Shown piece by piece: positions 27,456 through 37,831 of a DNA stretch of 64,000 nucleotides; the stretch's first letter is position 1; each line of letters begins with the position of its first letter. Location of the stretch: positions 32,001 to 96,000 of the forward strand of contig JAZDCZ010000251.1 in the NCBI GenBank assembly GCA_036679605.1. The letters are read 5' to 3'. A model generated the notes under the pieces. It made no database searches. It saw only the letters and a list, made by a program, of their open reading frames with translations, and was not told the DNA's origin. Made by a program: the position numbers and the translations under genes. The stretch comes from Gemmatimonadota bacterium. GTDB lineage: Bacteria > Gemmatimonadota > Gemmatimonadetes > Gemmatimonadales > GWC2-71-9.

Positions 27456-28805
27456 ATGCTACGACTAACCAGCCCGTCGTGTTGCGTAGCGCTGCTGCTC
27501 GCAACGGCGCTCCAAGCTCAAACCGACTTCGAGTTCGATGATTACTCGCTCGATAACGGGCTTAGAGTCTTGTTGGTAGAGAACCACGCGGCAGCGGTGG
27601 TCACGGTGAACATCTGGTACAACGTCGGGAGCCGCAACGAAGAACCCGGGCGTTCCGGATTCGCCCACCTGTTCGAGCACATGATGTTTCAAGGCTCGGC
27701 GAACATCGGCAAGGCCGAGCATGCACAGTTAGTCGAGCGCGCAGGCGGCACCATGAATGGCACGACTAGCCCCGATCGTACCAATTATTACGAGGTGCTG
27801 CCGTCCAACCGTCTGAACCTCGGTCTATGGTTGGAAGCCGATAGGATGCGGTCGCTAGCAATAACGAAAGAAAACTTTGACAACCAGCGTGACGTGGTGA
27901 AGGAGGAGCGACGGCTGAGCTACGAAAACCAGCCTTACGCACTGTCGTTTCTCGAGGCCAGTGCCCAGGTATACGACTCAGCCGGTTGTTTCGGTTACGG
28001 CCATACCAATATCGGCTCGATGGAGGATCTCGACAGCGCCAAGGTCGAGGACGTCCAGGCTTTCTTCGACATGTACTACGTACCCAATAACGCAACCCTA
28101 GTCGTCGCGGGCGACTTCGACCCGGGTGAAGCCAAGCGTCTGATCCGGCGATACTTCGGGGATATTCCCCGGGGGCCGAGTCATGCTCCGTTCGAGTGTG
28201 CTTACGAATTTGGCAAGGGCGCACGTTCTCGTACTTGGGTAGACGAACATGCCAACCTGCCGGCAGTGGTCATCGCATACCGCATCCCACCTCACGCGAC
28301 CGATGACACGCGAGCGCTCCGACTACTCAGCACCATTCTTGGTGGCGGAGAGAGTTCGCGCCTCAACAAGACCATGGTTCGCGAGGAGAAGTCCGCTGTC
28401 CAGGCACTCTCACAAGTCAATTCGCGGCGCGGACCTGGAATGTTCCTGACGATTGCCATAGCCAACCAGGGGGTCGACGGCAAGACCTTGTCAAATCAGT
28501 TGGCCACACAAATCAAGCGCATATCAGATGATGGTGTTACCGACGCCGAGATTGAAAAGGCCAAAAATGATTTTCGGTCGGGGTACATCTTTGGTATTCA
28601 GACCGGCATGGAGCGCGCGGAGCGACTACAGCACTATATCCATTTCCACAACGATTTGAGCGAAGTTGGAACTGACCTTGACGAATACTCGCAGGTCACT
28701 GCTGCGGACGTTCAACGTGTGGCAGCAAAGTACCTGGTGCCGGAAAACAGTTTCGCTATCACTATCGTACCCAAGGCGGCCGCCGACAAAGGGATCGTTC
28801 CATGA
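27456..28805 (+). CDS. M16 (pitrilysin) zinc peptidase, catalytic subunit
   Basis: Signal peptide; HLFEH (HxxEH); VVKEERR. Confidence 0.95.
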   Translation: MLRLTSPSCCVALLLATALQAQTDFEFDDYSLDNGLRVLLVENHAAAVVTVNIWYNVGSRNEEPGRSGFAHLFEHMMFQGSANIGKAEHAQLVERAGGTMNGTTSPDRTNYYEVLPSNRLNLGLWLEADRMRSLAITKENFDNQRDVVKEERRLSYENQPYALSFLEASAQVYDSAGCFGYGHTNIGSMEDLDSAKVEDVQAFFDMYYVPNNATLVVAGDFDPGEAKRLIRRYFGDIPRGPSHAPFECAYEFGKGARSRTWVDEHANLPAVVIAYRIPPHATDDTRALRLLSTILGGGESSRLNKTMVREEKSAVQALSQVNSRRGPGMFLTIAIANQGVDGKTLSNQLATQIKRISDDGVTDAEIEKAKNDFRSGYIFGIQTGMERAERLQHYIHFHNDLSEVGTDLDEYSQVTAADVQRVAAKYLVPENSFAITIVPKAAADKGIVP

Positions 28806-30904
28806 AACATTACATTAGCTTGACAACCGGACTGCTCTTAGCGGTAGTTGTGTCGTCGCTGACCGCACAATACCCCACTGCACCGCCCAGTCCGGCGGCG
28901 CTTCGCCCTCTAGAGTTTCCGGCGGTGAGCGAGGCCACGCTCGACAACGGCATGCGTATCGTTGTAGTCGAGAATCACGACCTTCCGATAGTCAGCGTAT
29001 CGCTCAACATGGCTGCGGGCACACGCTACGATCCGGACGGTCTCACCGGACTTGCGATCACAGCAGCAGAACTAATCACCAAGGGCACCGAGTCACGTTC
29101 CGCCGATCAGATCGCGGAACAGATTGAGAGCGCGGGTGGGAGTCTAACCGCGAATCCAGGAAACGACTTCTTCGTGCTCTCGTCAACAGTGCTGACCGAT
29201 AAGGTCGAGCTTGTTTTCGAACTGATGGGCGACGTCCTGTTGCATTCGACGTTTCCCGAATCAGAACTCGAATTATTCAGGACCCGTATGCTGTCCACGA
29301 TTAGCGCCAACAAAACTGTGCCGAGCGCACTCGTGTCCCAGTACTTCGCCCGTGAGATGTACGGCGACCATCCATATGGACGAGCAGCGCATGAAGCGTC
29401 GATATCAGCCATAACAAGAGAGGACGTGGTCGCGTTCGCACGGGAACGCCTGGTCCCTGGCGGTGCGCTCCTGGTGGTGGCCGGCGACATCTCGGCAAAT
29501 GAAGTACGCTCGCTAGCGCGACGCGCGCTCGGCGAGTGGAGCGGTGAGGAACAGACCATAGACGTTCCCGCACCACCGGAGCGACGCGCCACCGAGATCC
29601 TGCTCGTGCATCGTCCCGGGTCGACGCAATCCACCATCTGGATCGGGAACCTCGCACTCCGGCCCAGCGACGACCTCTACTACGCAGCCCGAATAACCAA
29701 TCAAGTTCTGGGTGGTGGCTTCGAGGGCCGGCTGCTCAAGATTCTACGAGAGGAAAAAGGTTGGACCTACTCGTCCGGGTCCGGGTTGGTGCGGCGAAAG
29801 GACATCGGCTATTTCCGGGCCGGCGCTGAGGTCCGCACCGAGGTTACGGACAGCTCGGTTGTCGAACTGCTGCATCAACTACGACTCATTCGGCAAGACG
29901 ACCTCACCGAAGACGAGCTGGCCTCTGCAAAGGGTTTCATGGTCGGCTCATTCCCGCTTGCGATAGAAACGCCGCAGCAGATCGCGGGCGCCGTCGCTAA
30001 CACGAAGCTACTGGGATTGGGAGACGAGTATCTCGCGGCCTACCGTGACCGTCTATCCAGTGTGACCGCGTCCGACGCGAAGAACGCAGCAAGGGCGATC
30101 ATTCATCCTGATTCTGCCGTTGTAGTTGTCGTCGGTGACGGACAAGCGATCTACGAGAAGCTGGCAGCTATTGCTCCGGTCAACATCATCGACACAGACG
30201 GCAATCCCGTTTCGCCTGAAGATCTAGCGCCCAAAGCGATTGCCGTAGAGTTCGACGCATCTCAGCTCGAGGTTCGCACGGACTCGTTCCAGATAACCGT
30301 GCAGGGCAACCCGATGGGGCAGCTCGTCACAGAACTCAGCAAGTCGGGCGACACGCTGGTTTACGTTGAGAGCATGTCGCTTGCGGCGGTCGGCATCAGC
30401 CAGGCGACCACGCTGCGGTTCGATGCGGCCACACTTGCCACGCTGACCGTCGAACAGAACGGACAGCTCGGCGGCCAAGCATCCGAGATCCAGCTCACCT
30501 ACTCTGGCGACCGGGTTGCCGGTCACGCGCAGAGCCCTCAACCCGGCGGTGCACCCAAGGTCATCAATATCGACACGACCGTCGTAGCAGGAACGATCGA
30601 CCTGAACGCAGTGCAATTCTTACTTCCCACCTTACCCTTGGCCGAGGGCGCATCCTGGACGCTCAACGCATTCGACGCGTCGACCGGCACAATGAGACAG
30701 GTGAAACTCAAGGTGGCCGGTATGGAGGACGTCACCGTTCCGGCAGGAACATTCTCCACCTTCCGCATCGACGGTGACACCGGTGGCCAGTCGTTCGTGT
30801 TCTATGTGAGCACAGATGCTCCGCGCCGATTGGTCAAAGTACAACTCGTGGGGCAACCGCTGGGGTTTGAGTTGGTGAGTGGTGGAGCGGCACCGCTGCC
30901 CTAA
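28802..30904 (+). CDS. M16 peptidase partner subunit (no HxxEH) with an extra C-terminal beta-rich domain
   Basis: LDNGMRIVVV and LREEKGWTY; C-terminal EDVTVPAGTFSTFRI typical of DUF3108-like domains. Confidence 0.88.
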   Translation: MKHYISLTTGLLLAVVVSSLTAQYPTAPPSPAALRPLEFPAVSEATLDNGMRIVVVENHDLPIVSVSLNMAAGTRYDPDGLTGLAITAAELITKGTESRSADQIAEQIESAGGSLTANPGNDFFVLSSTVLTDKVELVFELMGDVLLHSTFPESELELFRTRMLSTISANKTVPSALVSQYFAREMYGDHPYGRAAHEASISAITREDVVAFARERLVPGGALLVVAGDISANEVRSLARRALGEWSGEEQTIDVPAPPERRATEILLVHRPGSTQSTIWIGNLALRPSDDLYYAARITNQVLGGGFEGRLLKILREEKGWTYSSGSGLVRRKDIGYFRAGAEVRTEVTDSSVVELLHQLRLIRQDDLTEDELASAKGFMVGSFPLAIETPQQIAGAVANTKLLGLGDEYLAAYRDRLSSVTASDAKNAARAIIHPDSAVVVVVGDGQAIYEKLAAIAPVNIIDTDGNPVSPEDLAPKAIAVEFDASQLEVRTDSFQITVQGNPMGQLVTELSKSGDTLVYVESMSLAAVGISQATTLRFDAATLATLTVEQNGQLGGQASEIQLTYSGDRVAGHAQSPQPGGAPKVINIDTTVVAGTIDLNAVQFLLPTLPLAEGASWTLNAFDASTGTMRQVKLKVAGMEDVTVPAGTFSTFRIDGDTGGQSFVFYVSTDAPRRLVKVQLVGQPLGFELVSGGAAPLP

Positions 30905-31323
30905 GTGCGAAGCGGATTCAGCACACGCACAGTCCCATACATGCGTCCGTGCCCCAAATCTTCCGAGTAGAGTGTAGTTACGTTCGCCGCCGCCGCCGCG
31001 TGAAGGATCAAGGCGTCCCAGAATGACAGCTGGAAACGACGTTCGAGGTCGAGCGCCTCCAGAATCGCTTCGCCATCGTTGACCACGACCTCCCAGGCCA
31101 GGTAGTCCTCGACCAGCCGCTGAGCCTCAGTCAGTCCGAGCGGTCGTGCGCATTTGCGCCGTACATTTACATAGAACTCTTGAAGAACCTGAGTACTAAT
31201 CACTCCCTGGCGGTCCTCCCACAACTGACTCACCAACTCCCCCGCCCGTTCGTGCTTGAGACCCGCCGCCCGATCGTGTGCATAAACCAGAATATTCGTA
31301 TCGACGAACGCTCTATCGCTCAT
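30901..31323 (-). CDS. PIN-domain toxin
   Basis: AFVDTNILVYAHD, ISTQVLQEF, LSFWDALI and LYSEDL. Confidence 0.93.
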   Translation of the reverse strand: MSDRAFVDTNILVYAHDRAAGLKHERAGELVSQLWEDRQGVISTQVLQEFYVNVRRKCARPLGLTEAQRLVEDYLAWEVVVNDGEAILEALDLERRFQLSFWDALILHAAAAANVTTLYSEDLGHGRMYGTVRVLNPLRT

Positions 31324-31549
31324 GGAGATCCTGACGCGATGCCGGAGGGCTCCACTGGAGATCGCGCCCCTTCCGTAGCCTCGCTAGCGCACGTCGTTTC
31401 GCCACATCGTACGCCTTGTCGCGACGGATCAGTTCATCGAGTTGATCGGCCAGGAGCCGACTTACGGACGTACCTTTGCGAGCAGCAAGCACCTTAGCTT
31501 CACGTACAAGCCGCTGCTCCACCTTGAGTGTGATGTTTGTCTTCATCAT
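31313..31549 (-). CDS. RHH antitoxin
   Basis: MKTNITLK...AKVLAARKGTSVSRLL; upstream of the PIN gene. Confidence 0.85.
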   Translation of the reverse strand: MMKTNITLKVEQRLVREAKVLAARKGTSVSRLLADQLDELIRRDKAYDVAKRRALARLRKGRDLQWSPPASRQDLHER

Positions 31550-31557
31550 CAAGAATA

Positions 31558-31590
31558 GCACAGTATCTCGTGCAGCACAATAACGCGTGC
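31558..31590. promoter_or_regulatory. Tandem palindromic operators (GCAC-N8-GTGC x2) upstream of the TA operon
   Basis: GCACagtatctcGTGC-a-GCACaataacgcGTGC. Confidence 0.6.
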
Positions 31591-31747
31591 TATTTCTCCC
31601 AACTCGTACGAGGCATCCTTCATGGACGCCAAACTACAACACTCTTGTCATCGACCCCGTACCCTTTTCACCGCGTGTCAGCTCTTTCCTACGCGACTAC
31701 CGTCCAGTTATTCCGCCCGCGCACACTTACATGCTGAGCAGACTCCA

Positions 31748-31768
31748 GGTATGATATATCGTCATACC
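31748..31768. promoter_or_regulatory. Palindromic operator upstream of the mazEF-like operon
   Basis: GGTATGA-N7-TCATACC just before the GGAGG RBS. Confidence 0.65.
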
Positions 31769-31780
31769 ACGGAGGCGGGC

Positions 31781-32023
31781 ATGCGCAAGGCCAAAATTGC
31801 CGTTACCCTGAAGAAAGACACTGTGAAGCGTGTCGATCAGCTTGTGCGGGAGCAAGTGTACGAAAGCCGGAGTCGGGCCGTGGAGGAGGCTGTTGAAGAG
31901 AAATTGGCCCGGTTGGACCGGCGCCGCTTGGTGCGAGAGTGCGCCAAGCTGGACCCGGATTTTGAAAAGGCAATGGCGGAAGAAGGGATTGCGGCCGAGG
32001 CAAGTGAGTGGCCCGAATACTGA
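31781..32023 (+). CDS. CopG/RHH antitoxin
   Basis: KAKIAVTL...SRSRAVEEAV...LDPDFEKAMAEEG...WPEY; overlaps the toxin gene. Confidence 0.88.
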   Translation: MRKAKIAVTLKKDTVKRVDQLVREQVYESRSRAVEEAVEEKLARLDRRRLVRECAKLDPDFEKAMAEEGIAAEASEWPEY

Positions 32024-32346
32024 GAGGCGATGTTCGGTGGGCGGATCTCAATCCGGTCCGTGGTAACGAACAGGCTGGGCGGCGCCCTGTGTTGATACTG
32101 AGCCATGACGTATTCAACGCGCGATCGGGCACTGTGATCGCAATGGCAATCACCAGCCAACCTCAGCGTGCCGGCTTTCCCCTCACTCTTGAATTGAACG
32201 TACGCGGACTTCCAAAGAGATCTTGGGTCAAGATAAGCCAGATTCGGACGCTGGCAGTTGAACGGGTGGGCCGGCGGATCGCCCGTGCCCCGTCAGAACA
32301 GTTACTCGAAGTGATCGAGGGGTTGGAGGAGATCATCGGCGACTGA
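32008..32346 (+). CDS. mazF: MazF/PemK endoribonuclease toxin
   Basis: RGDVRWADLNPVRGNEQAGRRPVLILS; VKISQIRTL. Confidence 0.93.
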   Translation: MARILRGDVRWADLNPVRGNEQAGRRPVLILSHDVFNARSGTVIAMAITSQPQRAGFPLTLELNVRGLPKRSWVKISQIRTLAVERVGRRIARAPSEQLLEVIEGLEEIIGD

Positions 32347-32594
32347 GTGGGCGGCAAAAAGGGCGGTACCCTACCCCTCCCAACCCCTCATCGGGCGGTA
32401 GGTGTTGATTGCCCAGTTCTACCGCCCAGTTCTCCCGCCTTGATAAAGATTTCTTAATCAAAGCCTTGCGAAATCTTTCCAGCTGCCACATAACCTTAGC
32501 AAGGGGCCGGTGGCTTCTGTTGCAATCCAGTCGGTTGCAAACAAGTGCCTCAGAAGGCAGGGGAACTCGGTAATATCGAGTATGGTTGCGTAAA

Positions 32595-35500
32595 ATGACC
32601 AGCATGCACATCCGGGACCGCATGTCCGTCCTCGTCGTCGTCATGTCCCTGGTGGCGGTAGGTGTGGGCGGCACAGTAATGTCCTTCCTCTACCGTGCAG
32701 CGTTCCGTGAGCAACGTGCGCGACTGACTGATACGGCCCATGGCCGGGCGCACATGATGGAAGCCATAGCGCGGTTCGATTCGGCCTATGGTGACAACTA
32801 TCCCGGGGGATTCTACGAGGCCACCCTTTCCCAAGTAAGAGCAGCCCACGAGGAGTTTGAGGGCTTCGGAAACACAGGAGAACTCGCCGTCGCCCGGCGC
32901 GAGGGCGACCTGATCGTCTTCGTCTTGCGGCACCGGCACGCAGGGAAAGGCATGCTCGACGATACCCTTCCCTTCTTCGGGGAACGGGCCGAGCCGATGC
33001 GCCGCGCGCTGAGCGGCCGGTCGGGCACTGTCATCGGCATCGACTACCGGGGAGAGCGAGTGCTCGCTGCCTACGAACCAGTGACCATGCTCGATCTCGG
33101 CGTAGTCGCAAAGATCGATCTTGCCGAAGTGCGGGCACCGTTCGTCCGGGCCGGGCTGTTGGGTGCCGGGGGCAGCCTCATCTTGATCGTGCTCGGAATC
33201 GGGATATTCCGGCGAGTAGCGAATCCGTTGCTGCGAGAGGTCGACGCAAACGCAAGACGATATCGCGGACTGTTCGAGAATGCTCCCGTCTCGATATGGG
33301 AAGAGGATTTTTTCCAAGTCAAAACCTACCTAGACGATCTCGGATTCTTCGAGATAGAAGACGTCGAGTCCTATTTGGATGACCACCCGGATGTTGTACG
33401 GCAGTGCGCGCAACGGGTTACGGTCCTGGCCGTCAACCGGCGTGCTGCTGAACTGCACGAAGCTGACAACGCAGCGGAGTTGCTGAAGGAACTGTCGAGG
33501 ATTACCGAAGTAAGCTACGTGGCGTTCAGGCGGGAGTTGGTGGCGATGTGGCGCGGCGACACCGAGTGCGAAGTCGAGGGGCAAGTAATAACCTTGAAGG
33601 GTTCGTTGCGTGACGTCATCGTCAAGTGGTCGATCGTGCCCGGTCACGAGGAGGACTTATCCCGGATCTTGGTTTCGCTGCTCGATGTGACCGACCGCAA
33701 GCGATCCGAAGAGGCACTCAGGGAGGGCGAGAAGCGACTGAGCCTCACACTGGATGCCGTAAGCGACGGCGCATGGGATTGGAATGTCGCGACGGGCGAA
33801 GTGCGCTACAGTGACCGTTGGGTGGAGTCACTGGGGTACCGGCCAGAGGAAGTCGAACCGCACGAGAGTTTCTGGCGGAGTCTCATCCATCCGGATGATG
33901 TACCGAAGGTTGACGAAGCGCTCATGGAGCACTTTGACGGTCGTACCGATTACTACGAATGCGAAAACCGCCTTCGCATGAAATCGGGCGAGTACCGGGA
34001 TAACCTAGACAGGGGGAAAGTTATCTCCCGTGACGCCCAGGGAAGACCGCTCCGAATGGTGGGCACGGATACCGACATCACCGAGCGGCGGAAGGCAGAG
34101 AATGCCCTACGGACAAGCGAGAGCCGCTATCGCTTGCTGTTCCAAGATTCGCGCGACGCCATCTTCATAACCTCCGTGGACGGCCGGTTTGCCGACGTGA
34201 ACGACGCAGGCCTTGACCTGCTGCGCTACTCTCGTGATGAGTTCGCCGATATCCGCGTTGCCGACATATCCGACGATCTCGACGGCATGCGACAGTTCCA
34301 GCACGCAGTCGACAAGGTAGGCTTCGTGAAAGACTACCTGGCCCTTGTGCGACGCAAGGACGGAGTCGTGCTCGACTGTCTGCTCACGTCGACGGCGCGG
34401 CGCGCAGCAGACGGCACAGTGATCGGATACCAGACCATCGCTCGGGACGACACCCAACGCAGGCGGATGGAGAACGAGTTGCGGCGATCCCGCAACGAAC
34501 TCTACATTCGGAATCGGATCTCACACGTGTTCCTGACCGAAGCCGGCGACGAGTTGTTTGGAGAGCTGCTTGACGTCTTGATCGGTGCTACGGAGAGCGA
34601 GTTCGGGTTCCTGGGCTACATCGATGAGGACGGCGCTTTGGTCTGTGCCTCGATGAGGCAGCGAACTTGGACCAAGCGGCAAATGGAACAGAAGGTCATG
34701 GTGGTCCCGCCGTCGAGCTGGGAGGGTATCTGGGGACAATCTCTCCGCGAGTGCAGAACCATTTGGTCGAACGATTCGCTGAAAATGCCTGAGTTTCAAC
34801 TGCAGTTGAACGCCGCGATCGCCGTCCCGATTGTGCACGGTAAGAAATTGATTGGCCAATTCGTATTGGCAAACAAGCCGGCCGGCTACGACGCGAGAGA
34901 CGGAGAGTTCTTGGACACCCTTGCAGAATACATCTTCCCACTTCTCGAGTCGAAGCTCACCGCCGAGCGCACCAGAAAGTTCAGTGAGCAGGCGTGGGCC
35001 ACGGTGCGAGGTGTTCGCGACCGGCTGCAACTGAGCATAGATCGTATGCCGATCGCTTACATCCTGTGGGATGAATCAACCAAGGTCACGGTATGGAATC
35101 CAGCGGCCGCACGGATCTTCGGCTACACCAACGAGGAAGCAGTGGGACGATCGCTGCTCGATCTAGTCGTTCCGGATTCCATCCGGCTAGACGTCGCCAA
35201 CGTAATGCAAGCGCTCTTGGGGGGTGAAGAAGCATCGTACTCGGAACCCAACAACAATGTGTGCAAGGATGGAACGGTGATCTCCTGCCAGTGGTACAAC
35301 ACGCCAATCAAGCTAGGAGACCAAGAGACATCGCTAGTCCTTTCCATGGTGCTGGACGTCACCAAACAGGTGGAGGGCGAAAAGACCCTGCGTCTCAACT
35401 CGGCCGCATTAGAGGCCGCAGCGAACGCCATAGTGATTACCGACGAAGAGGGCGCCATTCAGTGGACCAATTCCGCCTTCGAGCGCTGTACAGGCTACAA

Positions 35501-36407
35501 TCAAGAGGAAGTTGCCGGCAGGAATCCGCGGTTTCTCAAGTCTGGAAGACAAGGCAGAGCATTCTACATCGACTTGTGGGATACCATACTCGACGGGCGA
35601 ACCTGGCACGGCGAGATGACAAACAAACGCAAGAATGGAACCCTCTACACTGAGGAGCAGTCCATCACTCCGATGAGTAGCGGCGGCGAGATCACTCATT
35701 TCATCAGCATCAGACAAGACATCACCGAGCGCAAGCGACTGGAGCAGGAGGTTCTCGAGATTGATGAACGGGAGCGGCAGAGTATCGGTCAAGACCTCCA
35801 CGACATGCTGGGCCAGCAGCTGACGGGTATGGGCCTGATGCTCCAGGCGTTGCGGGGAAACGCGGCGCGGCAGGAGGCGGTGGATTCGGACGTGGTCAGT
35901 AAACTTCAAGATCTCGTGAAGACTGCCGCTGTCCACACGCGCTTCGTCTCGCGGGGCCTGTTGAAGCTCACACCTGGGAGGAGCGGCTTGATAGATGCCT
36001 TGGAGGACTTGGCATCGACAGCGGAGAAACTCTTCGACATCACTTGTGACATACGGATCACCGATAACGTCGAGATCTCTGACTCGACGGTCACCCGGCA
36101 CGTCTATCACATCGCCCAGGAAGCGGTGACCAACGCCGTGCGTCACGGGAGAGCCGCCAGCGTGGTAATCGCACTCAGACTCCACGAAGATAAGACCGTG
36201 ATGAGCGTGAGCGACGACGGCTGTGGTATTCCTGACAATCTGCCTTCAGATAAGGGACTTGGACTCAGCACCATGCGCTATCGCGCACACGCCATAGGTG
36301 GCTCGTTGGAGGTTAGGCGCGGCGAGGAATCCGGCACTGTTGTGCGTTGCACGTTACCGCGAATGAGCGACCCTGGCCAGGATCAGAGCACATATCTCGA
36401 TGGTTGA
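32595..36407 (+). CDS. Membrane sensor histidine kinase (Cache-like, several PAS, GAF, HisKA_3/HATPase)
   Basis: Two transmembrane helices; multiple PAS/PAC; GAF (IGQFVLANK); ERERQSIGQDLHDMLGQQL; QEAVTNAVRH, DDGCG and GLGL. Confidence 0.93.
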   Translation: MTSMHIRDRMSVLVVVMSLVAVGVGGTVMSFLYRAAFREQRARLTDTAHGRAHMMEAIARFDSAYGDNYPGGFYEATLSQVRAAHEEFEGFGNTGELAVARREGDLIVFVLRHRHAGKGMLDDTLPFFGERAEPMRRALSGRSGTVIGIDYRGERVLAAYEPVTMLDLGVVAKIDLAEVRAPFVRAGLLGAGGSLILIVLGIGIFRRVANPLLREVDANARRYRGLFENAPVSIWEEDFFQVKTYLDDLGFFEIEDVESYLDDHPDVVRQCAQRVTVLAVNRRAAELHEADNAAELLKELSRITEVSYVAFRRELVAMWRGDTECEVEGQVITLKGSLRDVIVKWSIVPGHEEDLSRILVSLLDVTDRKRSEEALREGEKRLSLTLDAVSDGAWDWNVATGEVRYSDRWVESLGYRPEEVEPHESFWRSLIHPDDVPKVDEALMEHFDGRTDYYECENRLRMKSGEYRDNLDRGKVISRDAQGRPLRMVGTDTDITERRKAENALRTSESRYRLLFQDSRDAIFITSVDGRFADVNDAGLDLLRYSRDEFADIRVADISDDLDGMRQFQHAVDKVGFVKDYLALVRRKDGVVLDCLLTSTARRAADGTVIGYQTIARDDTQRRRMENELRRSRNELYIRNRISHVFLTEAGDELFGELLDVLIGATESEFGFLGYIDEDGALVCASMRQRTWTKRQMEQKVMVVPPSSWEGIWGQSLRECRTIWSNDSLKMPEFQLQLNAAIAVPIVHGKKLIGQFVLANKPAGYDARDGEFLDTLAEYIFPLLESKLTAERTRKFSEQAWATVRGVRDRLQLSIDRMPIAYILWDESTKVTVWNPAAARIFGYTNEEAVGRSLLDLVVPDSIRLDVANVMQALLGGEEASYSEPNNNVCKDGTVISCQWYNTPIKLGDQETSLVLSMVLDVTKQVEGEKTLRLNSAALEAAANAIVITDEEGAIQWTNSAFERCTGYNQEEVAGRNPRFLKSGRQGRAFYIDLWDTILDGRTWHGEMTNKRKNGTLYTEEQSITPMSSGGEITHFISIRQDITERKRLEQEVLEIDERERQSIGQDLHDMLGQQLTGMGLMLQALRGNAARQEAVDSDVVSKLQDLVKTAAVHTRFVSRGLLKLTPGRSGLIDALEDLASTAEKLFDITCDIRITDNVEISDSTVTRHVYHIAQEAVTNAVRHGRAASVVIALRLHEDKTVMSVSDDGCGIPDNLPSDKGLGLSTMRYRAHAIGGSLEVRRGEESGTVVRCTLPRMSDPGQDQSTYLDG

Positions 36408-37077
36408 GCGCAAGGTGCAAGACGGCCCCTCCAGGGTCCTTCTGGTGGACGATCACGCAGTGGTGCGGCACGGCCTGGCGCTCTTGATCAATAATGAACG
36501 CGATCTGACGGTCTGCGGTGAGGCAAGCGATGCGGGCAGCGCTCTCAAGACCGCCGAGAAGCTTCAGCCGGACCTGGTCGTCGTCGACATAGCGCTCGGT
36601 GACACCGACGGCATCGAGTTAATCAAGCAGATGCACGCGCGTTGGCCCACCACAAGGGTGCTGGCCCTTTCGATGCACAGCGAAAACCTCTACGCGGAAC
36701 GTGCTCTCCAGGCAGGGGCGAATGGATACCTGATGAAGGAGGAAGCCCCTCAGGAATTCCTCAGGGCGCTGCGGCAGATCTTGTCAGGCGAGGTATTCGT
36801 CAGCCGACAGCTCGAAAAGCGCTGGCTGCAGCGCATGCGTAGTGGATCGCATAACTTGGATCGCACGCCGGTCGAGACGTTGTCCGATCGTGAGCTGGCG
36901 GTGCTGCAGCTCATAGGCGACGGTCACCCGAGCCGCGAGATCGCAGAATCGCTGCACTTGAGCATCAAGACGGTCCAATCACATCAGGAGCACATCAAAC
37001 AGAAGCTGGAATTGGCCAACGCGACCGAACTGGTGCGATTCGCCACGCTCTGGGTCCACCGGGAAAGTGGTGGCTAG
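36400..37077 (+). CDS. NarL/LuxR-family response regulator
   Basis: LVDDH...VDI receiver; LSDRELAVL...IAESLHLSIKTV HTH. Confidence 0.95.
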   Translation: MVERKVQDGPSRVLLVDDHAVVRHGLALLINNERDLTVCGEASDAGSALKTAEKLQPDLVVVDIALGDTDGIELIKQMHARWPTTRVLALSMHSENLYAERALQAGANGYLMKEEAPQEFLRALRQILSGEVFVSRQLEKRWLQRMRSGSHNLDRTPVETLSDRELAVLQLIGDGHPSREIAESLHLSIKTVQSHQEHIKQKLELANATELVRFATLWVHRESGG

Positions 37078-37247
37078 GGCATTCCCCTACCGAGTATGTC
37101 GACTCCTTCCTAGTTCTGTAACTAACCAACTCCCAATCGAATAGACTGCACCGCCCCGATATTGGGCCGTACGCCTACAGGCAAGCTTTATCTGTGGGAA
37201 AATCCGCAATCAAACTCGGCAACCGTTATCGAGGGGAAGCTGTCGTA

Positions 37248-37757
37248 ATGCTCAAGTCCATACCATCGCTTGCGCTTGCCACCCTCGCGCTCATTCCATT
37301 CGCTAGCCTCACAGCCCAACTGCCGCTGCCGCTGCCGCTCGCACCCGGTCAGCGGGTGCGGATAAGTGCGCCAAGTGTAGGCGCGGAGGACCTCGTGTGC
37401 AGCGTCGTAGTGCTTCGACCGGACGCGCTAATGGTTCGGGCAGCATGGTACAACGCACCCTCAAAGATCCCTACCGCGTCTATCACTCGGCTCGACGTGC
37501 AGCGGGGTCGCAAGTCACATGCGCTCACGGGACTCGGCATCGGAGTCGTTGCAGGTGCCCTTCTGGGCGGCCTCATCGACGGATCGTTGGGCGGTGGAGC
37601 CGTGGCAGGTGGAGTCGTACTTGGCGGCATCGGGACCGCTGTCGGAACGCAAATTAAATCCGACCGCTGGGAGGAAGTTCCCCTGGACGCACTTCGTAGG
37701 AGCTTCACCCGGCAGCGCAATGTTCACTTCGCGCTCGGAGTAGCGGTCAGTTTCTAG
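37248..37757 (+). CDS. Exported hypothetical protein with glycine-zipper helices
   Basis: Signal peptide; GLGIGVVAGALLGG...GGVVLGGIGTAVG. Confidence 0.7.
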   Translation: MLKSIPSLALATLALIPFASLTAQLPLPLPLAPGQRVRISAPSVGAEDLVCSVVVLRPDALMVRAAWYNAPSKIPTASITRLDVQRGRKSHALTGLGIGVVAGALLGGLIDGSLGGGAVAGGVVLGGIGTAVGTQIKSDRWEEVPLDALRRSFTRQRNVHFALGVAVSF

Positions 37758-37831
37758 TACAAGGTGCAAGGTTAGGAATGGGAAAAGGTAATGTTTGACA
37801 ACTTGTTCATCTCGATCGGAGCGGCATCAGA

